Shown piece by piece: positions 33,056 to 38,748 of a stretch of DNA of 38,748 nucleotides. Position numbers and translations under genes: made by a program. Below the pieces are notes generated by a model. It was not told the DNA's origin. It did not search any database and saw nothing but the letters and a program-made list of their open reading frames with translations. Location: positions 73,598,010 through 73,636,757 of the forward strand of contig NC_057718.1 of the NCBI RefSeq assembly GCF_004010195.1. Direction: 5' to 3'. Positions within the stretch are counted from its first letter, which is position 1. Each line of letters begins with the position of its first letter. This stretch comes from Chiloscyllium plagiosum. Lineage: Eukaryota.

Positions 33056-33859
33056 GGAAAAGCATGTACATCAGAACTGGATTATTTTAATCCCTTTTCT
33101 AGATCTCTCCCATTAGTACATATGAATGGTAGCCTTAAGTAGAAAGTATGCACAGTACAATTTTCAATATACTACAGATCCCATCATTGTTGTCTTTCTG
33201 CCTTTATTGCTTGCATTCTGCAGGCAGTACCCACCTCCTGGTTACTCTTGAAGCCACAATTTTGGCACTGAACTCATTTCTCACCCAGTTATTATGTTTA
33301 AAGGGAGTACTCTGTCAGTGAAGCAGATGTGTCACAAGGTTGGAACTTGAAAATTATCTGGACATCCAGAGCTCAAATGACAATCAAGGTTATGCTTTTT
33401 GAAGCACTGCATCTTTTAATGAGGTCCATCTTTTTTTTTCACTACAGCATCTGATACTAATTAAATATACTTTTATTTTCTAGCCCATGCCTCTCTCCAG
33501 AATAATCAGGAAATAATATCCCTTGATATCATTTTAAGTTTTAAAATTGAAGCCCAAAATTTTTAAATTAAATATAAAAAGTTATTCCAAAATATTTATG
33601 AAAATTTTCCCAAGAATAATACCTGAGTAGTTAGTCTTGATGTGACAGACTTCATCAGAAAGTTTACTTTCCATCCAAATGTTTTAAATAATCAATTACT
33701 AATTTTGACATAGTAATTTTATTCTGTCTCTTTATCTGCAAATCCAAAAAATATATTTCAGCTATTGAGTAAAACATCTCAAGAATTTCAATGATGAAAT
33801 GTCTATGTACTACAGGGCTAGATACTGGCACCTTTGCAGTTTATTGTGTACATTAACAA

Positions 33860-34765
33860 CTCAGATGTAATGCAGGAGTATAATGAGTAAGTTTGCAGAT
33901 AACACAAAAATGTGTGGTGTTGTTGATAATGAGGAGGATGGTCTCAGTCTGAAATTGATCAGCTAGTAAATTGAGCAGATGAAATTTAATCAGTAAGAGT
34001 GACGCAATGCCTTTTGGGAGATCTAATAATGGAAGGACATACATTATGAATGTTAAGTTGCTAGGGAGTGCTGAGGAACAAAGGGCCCTTGGTGTACAGG
34101 ACCATAGATCCCCGAAGGTGTCAGCACAGGTAGATAGATTAGTAAAGAAGGCATACCTTGCCTTCACTAGCTGGGGCTTAGAATATAGGAACATACATGT
34201 TTTGTTACAACTTTATAAAACGTTGGGCCACAGATGGAATGCTGCATGCAATTACGGTCGCCACACCATTGGAAGGTTGTGATTGCAGTGGAGAGGTGTA
34301 GAGGAGATTCACCAGGATGTTACCTAGGGCAAAAAGTCTCAGCTGTGAGGAGAGATTGGATAGGCTGGGTTTGTTTTGCTTGGAACAGAGAAGGCTGAGG
34401 GCCATCTGATTGATATATACAAAATTATGAGAGGTAGAAACAGAGTAGATTGTGAAATTCTCTCCCCCATGGCAAACATATCTAAGATCAGAGATCATAT
34501 GCTTATAGTGAGGATCAAATGGCTTAGCAGAGATCTGAGAAATCATTTTTTCATCCGGATGGTAATAGAAATATGGAGAATGATACCTGCGAGGGTGGTG
34601 GAGACAGATACTCTTGCAATATTTAAGAGACATTTGGATTGTATTTAAAATGCCAGGACATTGTAGGCTTGGCACTAAGTATCAGTAAATGGGATTAGTG
34701 GAGTTTGGAGTTTGTTAGTTGGCATGGACATTGTGGGCTAAATGGCCTGTATGATTCTACGACTA
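33860..34765 (+). mobile_element. Old CR1 3' portion
   Basis: SKFADNTK, EQRALGV, LQLYKTL, HLIDIYKIMRG; GATTCTAC tail. Confidence 0.85.
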
Positions 34766-34769
34766 TGGC

Positions 34770-34945
34770 ACTGTATTCACTGGATTTTAGAAAAACAAGA
34801 AATATCTCATTGAAACCTATAAAATTCTAACAAGACTAAACAGTATAAACACAGGAAGGATATTCCCAATAACGAATGAGTCAAGAACCAGGGGTCACGC
34901 TATTTAGGACCGATATAAGGACGAATTTCTATACGCAAAGAGTCA
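34770..34945 (+). mobile_element. Short CR1 fragment
   Basis: LIETYKIL and ESRTRGH remnants. Confidence 0.6.
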
Positions 34946-34949
34946 TAAT

Positions 34950-35930
34950 AATGGGGTCATAGGGATTTGCAGCACAGAAAGACCCTTTAGCCAATCTCAT
35001 TCTGACTATTCTAAATGTATTTTCTAGCACTTGGCCCAGAACCTTGTAATATTCAGCATTGCAAGTGCACATCTAAATATTTCTTAAGTATTATGAGGAT
35101 TTCTGCCTGTACCACTCTTACAGGCAGTGAGTTCCTGATTCCCCACCCTCCTTGCATCCTTCTAAACTTTCTGAGCCTTACCTTTAAACCCTGGCTATTG
35201 ATCCTTCTATCAAAGGGGAAAAGTTTCTTCCAGTCTTTCTATTCATGCCACTCATAAATGTATATATCTCAATCATGTCTGCTCTCGATCTCCTCTGCTC
35301 TAAGAAAAACAATCCCGGTTTGTTTGATCTTGCTTCATAACTGGAAGTCTTCAGCCCAAATGTCATCCTGGTAAATCTCCTCTGCACCGTCTCCAGTGCA
35401 AGTGCATCCCCCCTATAATGTGGATTCCCGAACTGCACACAATACTCTCACTGTGACCTAACCAATATTTTATACAGTTCCAGCATAACCTCCCTGCTCT
35501 TAAACTTTGTGCCTCAGCTAATAAAGGCAAATACCTTATTAATCATTTTATCCACCCGTCGTGATACGTGAATGGATCCGTGTAAATGCACACCAAAGTC
35601 CCTCTGGTCCTCAGTGCTTCCCAGGAGCCTACTGTCCATCATGTATTCCTTTGCCTTATTTGTCCTGCCCAATTGTATCATTTCACATTTATCTGAACTG
35701 AATTCCATTCGCCACTGATCAGTACATCTGGCCAGCCTGTCTACTTCCTCCTGTAATCTAAGGGTAGCTTCCTCACTACTTACTACCCCACCAATTTTTG
35801 TACCATCTGCAAACTTAATCGTCGACCCCATTTCATTCATGACTAAATCATTTATATAAACCACAAACACCAGGAGCCCAATACTGATCCCATTGGGATC
35901 TCACTGGACACAGACTTCTAGTTGCGAAAA
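34950..35930 (-). mobile_element. Old CR1 3' portion
   Basis: YINDL, KFADGTKIGG, WRMEFS, QRDFGV (35514..35870); VQRRFTRM (35184..35438). Confidence 0.85.
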
Positions 35931-36280
35931 CACCTATCACCTTAAATCTGTGCCTTCTAGTTTTGGACTCGACTACTCTGTGGAAAAAACCTTGGATATT
36001 CACCGTTTCCATGCCTCTCATAATTTTATAAACTTCTATAAGACCACTGCTCAGTCTCTGGTGCTCCAGGGAAAATATCCCCAGCTTAGTCAGCCTTTCC
36101 CTATAGCTCAAACCCTCCAACCCTAATAAACATCCTTGTAAATCTTTCCTGAACCCTTTCAAGTCTCAAAACATCCTTCCCATAAAGGGAGACCAGAATT
36201 GAACGTGGTATTCCAAAAGTGGCCTAATCAATGTCCTGTCCAGCCACAACATGACCTCCAACTCCTATACTCAATGCATT
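35931..36280 (-). mobile_element. CR1 fragment
   Basis: GLEGLSYRERL..LIEVYKIMRG (ORF 35848..36162). Confidence 0.85.
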
Positions 36281-36289
36281 GTTATTTGG

Positions 36290-36412
36290 GCTAAAAGGGA
36301 CAATGTGGGTTCAGCATACTGAGTTGAATGATCAGCTATGATCATCTTGAATGGTGGAGTAGGCTCAAAGGACGGAATGACCTACTCCTGCTCCTATTTT
36401 CCATGTTTCATG
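36290..36412 (+). mobile_element. CR1 3'UTR fragment
   Basis: GATCAGCTATGATC..GAATGGTGGAGTAGGCTC..CCTACTCCTGCTCCTATTT. Confidence 0.7.
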
Positions 36413-37749
36413 GTGCAATTTTACATTCAATTTAACCAGAGAAATTGCAGGATATTCACATACACATTATGAAAAACAAAAATGCAGCTGGAAACGAGAT
36501 AAATAAAGGGACAAAAAAGAGAAAGGAATTTGAGATATGGATGTGCATCGCACACTTACACTCAAGTGTCTTTAATCTTTTCTGCAGGGTATTTGCTTTC
36601 CACCCTGTGTCCCTGAATGTAGCAGTCGAGTTTATTTAACAGTGGAATGTGCAATAATGAGTTGAGCACGTTGAGGGGTGCCTGCAAGGTAACAGTGAAT
36701 TCTGTACTGGGGATCAATGAATTTTTTTTAGCCACTGATCCTGTGATGCAGTAATTCTGCATGTTCAAAATCAAATGCTGATTTGTTGTAACATTAGCAC
36801 TTTAAAGTGGATTGCCACATCCATCTACCAGAAATATAGATGTCTATGCCTACAAGATATATTCTGAGTAACTTCTGAATGCCAATCTGAAAATTTAGTT
36901 ACCATGAGAACACAAGACTCTTTCTTTGTTCTGGCTATGTCTCTATCTGTAAGGCGGATTGAGAAGATGCTATCATAGCTGCCAGATATTTTTTAACATA
37001 GCAATTATGTTTTAAATTATACCATTGTAAATCTGATATGTTTGAAGTAAATTATTATTATGTCTCATGCGGATCTTGGAGATTGGTGGGGGAGAGCAGG
37101 TTGCTGATGGGAAAATCTTTTCCATTTGTTATCTTTTATCCTGACAGAATGTTTCTGCAAAAAGGGATTGTTCCATGAAATCTGCAGCTTCTTTGTTATT
37201 TAAAACTAGTGAGAGCCCAGATGGATTACTAGAAAATAATCGAGACCCATTTGTTGTTTCTGGGAGTTTATGGATTAACATCAATTATTTTGATATTCCC
37301 CAGGAAATTCCTTGCAGGAACAGTGATTCTTTGCACAGGGCTCCAATATTTCTCGGGATACTAGTATGCCAAATGAGATAAGGTATTTTAGCCTCTACCC
37401 AGGCAAATGTGGATCCAACCTGTCCTGTACTGGGAAATAGTGAGACTTTAAGAAAAGTTCTGAGGGGGTCTGGATGTTCTCAACCCAACTCAAGGCAGGA
37501 AGGCACTGTATTATTTGGTTGCATATGGCAGGCCAGTAGTTTCTGTGATTTGGGGGCCAAATCTTCCATTTAAATCTTGTGCTCTTACTCTCTGGCTCAG
37601 TGAGCTGGACTGTAGCTTTTAAGTTTCAGGGTTCTGAGTTTAAGTGCCATTCTAGGACTTGAGAACAATCACCAAGGCTGATACTCGAGAATTGTACTGA
37701 TGTTAAATCCAGACACCATCAGTAGAGTTAGAAGTTTTAGTCTCCTTTA

Positions 37750-37940
37750 TAAAGATACTATTTCATTGGAGGCAATTTAGAGAAGGTTCAGTAGAATGAT
37801 TCCAGGTATGCAGGGATTGTCTTCAGAGCAAAGGCTAAACAGGGTGAGACTCTACTCATTGGAGTTTAGAAGAATGAGAGATGGTCTCAATGAAATATAT
37901 AAGATTCTTAAGGAGCTTAACAGGGTAAATGCTGAGAGGA
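37750..37940 (+). mobile_element. CR1 ORF2 C-terminal fragment
   Basis: RRFSRMIPGM, LYSLEFRRMRDGLNEIYKILK. Confidence 0.8.
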
Positions 37941-37941
37941 A

Positions 37942-38002
37942 GGCTGGAATCAAACCGGGGACCCTGGTGCTGTGAGGCAGCAGTGCTAACCACTGAGCCA
38001 CC
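37942..38002 (-). mobile_element. SINE tRNA-like head only
   Basis: Reverse complement GGTGGCTCAGTGGTTAGCACTGCTGCCTCACAGCACCAGGG. Confidence 0.8.
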
Positions 38003-38139
38003 AAATCTAGTGGCCCTTCTTCAATTCTGTTTTCATTTTAGATTTCCAGCATTCACAGTTCTTTGTTTCATTTTAGTGGATAAATGTGATTCATTTTGGT
38101 AGGAGGAACATATTTCTTACATTTTGAAAGATTGGATCA

Positions 38140-38748
38140 TTAAAGCCACCTAGATCCACTGACACCCTCCTTCGACTGACTGAACTGGTCCTCACTCTGA
38201 ACAACTTCTCTTTCCAATCCTCCCACTTCCACCAAGCCAAAGGAGTAGCCATGGGCACCCGCATGGGCCCCAGCTATGCCTGCCTCTTCGTAGGATATGT
38301 GGAACAGTTCATCTTCCGCAGCTACACTGGCACCACCCCCCACGTTTTCCTCCGCTACATCGATGACTGTATTGGCGCTGCCTCGTGCTCCCACGAGGAG
38401 GTTGAACAGTTCATCCACTTTACCAACACCTTCCACCCCGACCTCAAATCCACCTGGACCGCCTCAGATTCCTCCCTCCCCTTCCTCGACCTTTCCATTT
38501 CTATCTCGGGTGACCGAATCGACACAGACATTTACTATAAATCTGTAGAGATACCTAGACTATACCTCCTCCCACCCTGCCCCCTGTAAAAACGCCATCC
38601 CATATTCCCAATTCCTTCGCCTCCGCTCCCAGGAGGACCAGTTCTAAAACCGTACAACCCAGATGGCCTCCTTCTTCAAGGACCGCAATTTCCCACCAGA
38701 CGTAGTCAACGATGCCCTCCACCGCATCTCTTCCACTTCCCGCTCCTC
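38140..38748 (+). mobile_element. Penelope-like element reverse transcriptase fragment, running off the window
   Basis: NNFSF..GVAMGTRMGPSYACLF, LRYIDD, HPDLK, LPFLDL, TDIYYK, then IPYSQFLRLR after a frameshift. Confidence 0.92.

Noticed and set aside
33200..33340. Plus-strand exon after the pyrimidine tract ending TTCTGCAG
   Set aside because: Stops in all frames and only a weak donor.
37570..37720. Possible ancient tRNA-derived SINE of another family
   Set aside because: Too degenerate to support by eye.

Overview
Eukaryotic, repeat-saturated genomic DNA, most likely from a cartilaginous fish. This is inferred from HE1-type V-SINEs with (TCTAA)n tails, CR1 LINEs with an SGNH-esterase ORF1, and Penelope-like elements. 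Most of the window is nested, decayed retroelements: a Gypsy LTR retrotransposon (464-~8630) interrupted by a SINE, a near full-length CR1 and Penelope debris; a second truncated LTR element with a tRNA-Arg primer site (minus strand, ~10470-12896); two head-to-tail CR1s (18865-29035, with two N gaps); many CR1 3' ends; about nine SINE copies; and a Penelope RT at the right edge. No complete host gene is visible. The best host signal is a minus-strand exon encoding a hydrophobic, signal-peptide-like 25-mer (30334-30420), with a possible divergent plus-strand exon near 30.9 kb. The most unusual structures are several minimal hammerhead-ribozyme motifs in Penelope terminal repeats (one at the centre of a ~160 bp inverted repeat), a TSD-bounded three-part Penelope/CR1/SINE chimeric insertion, a 16-bp VNTR joined to a SINE inside a CR1, and an apparently exact 1021-bp duplication. 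I found no convincing wholly new coding system. Family names come from motif recognition, not database searches, and most boundaries are approximate.
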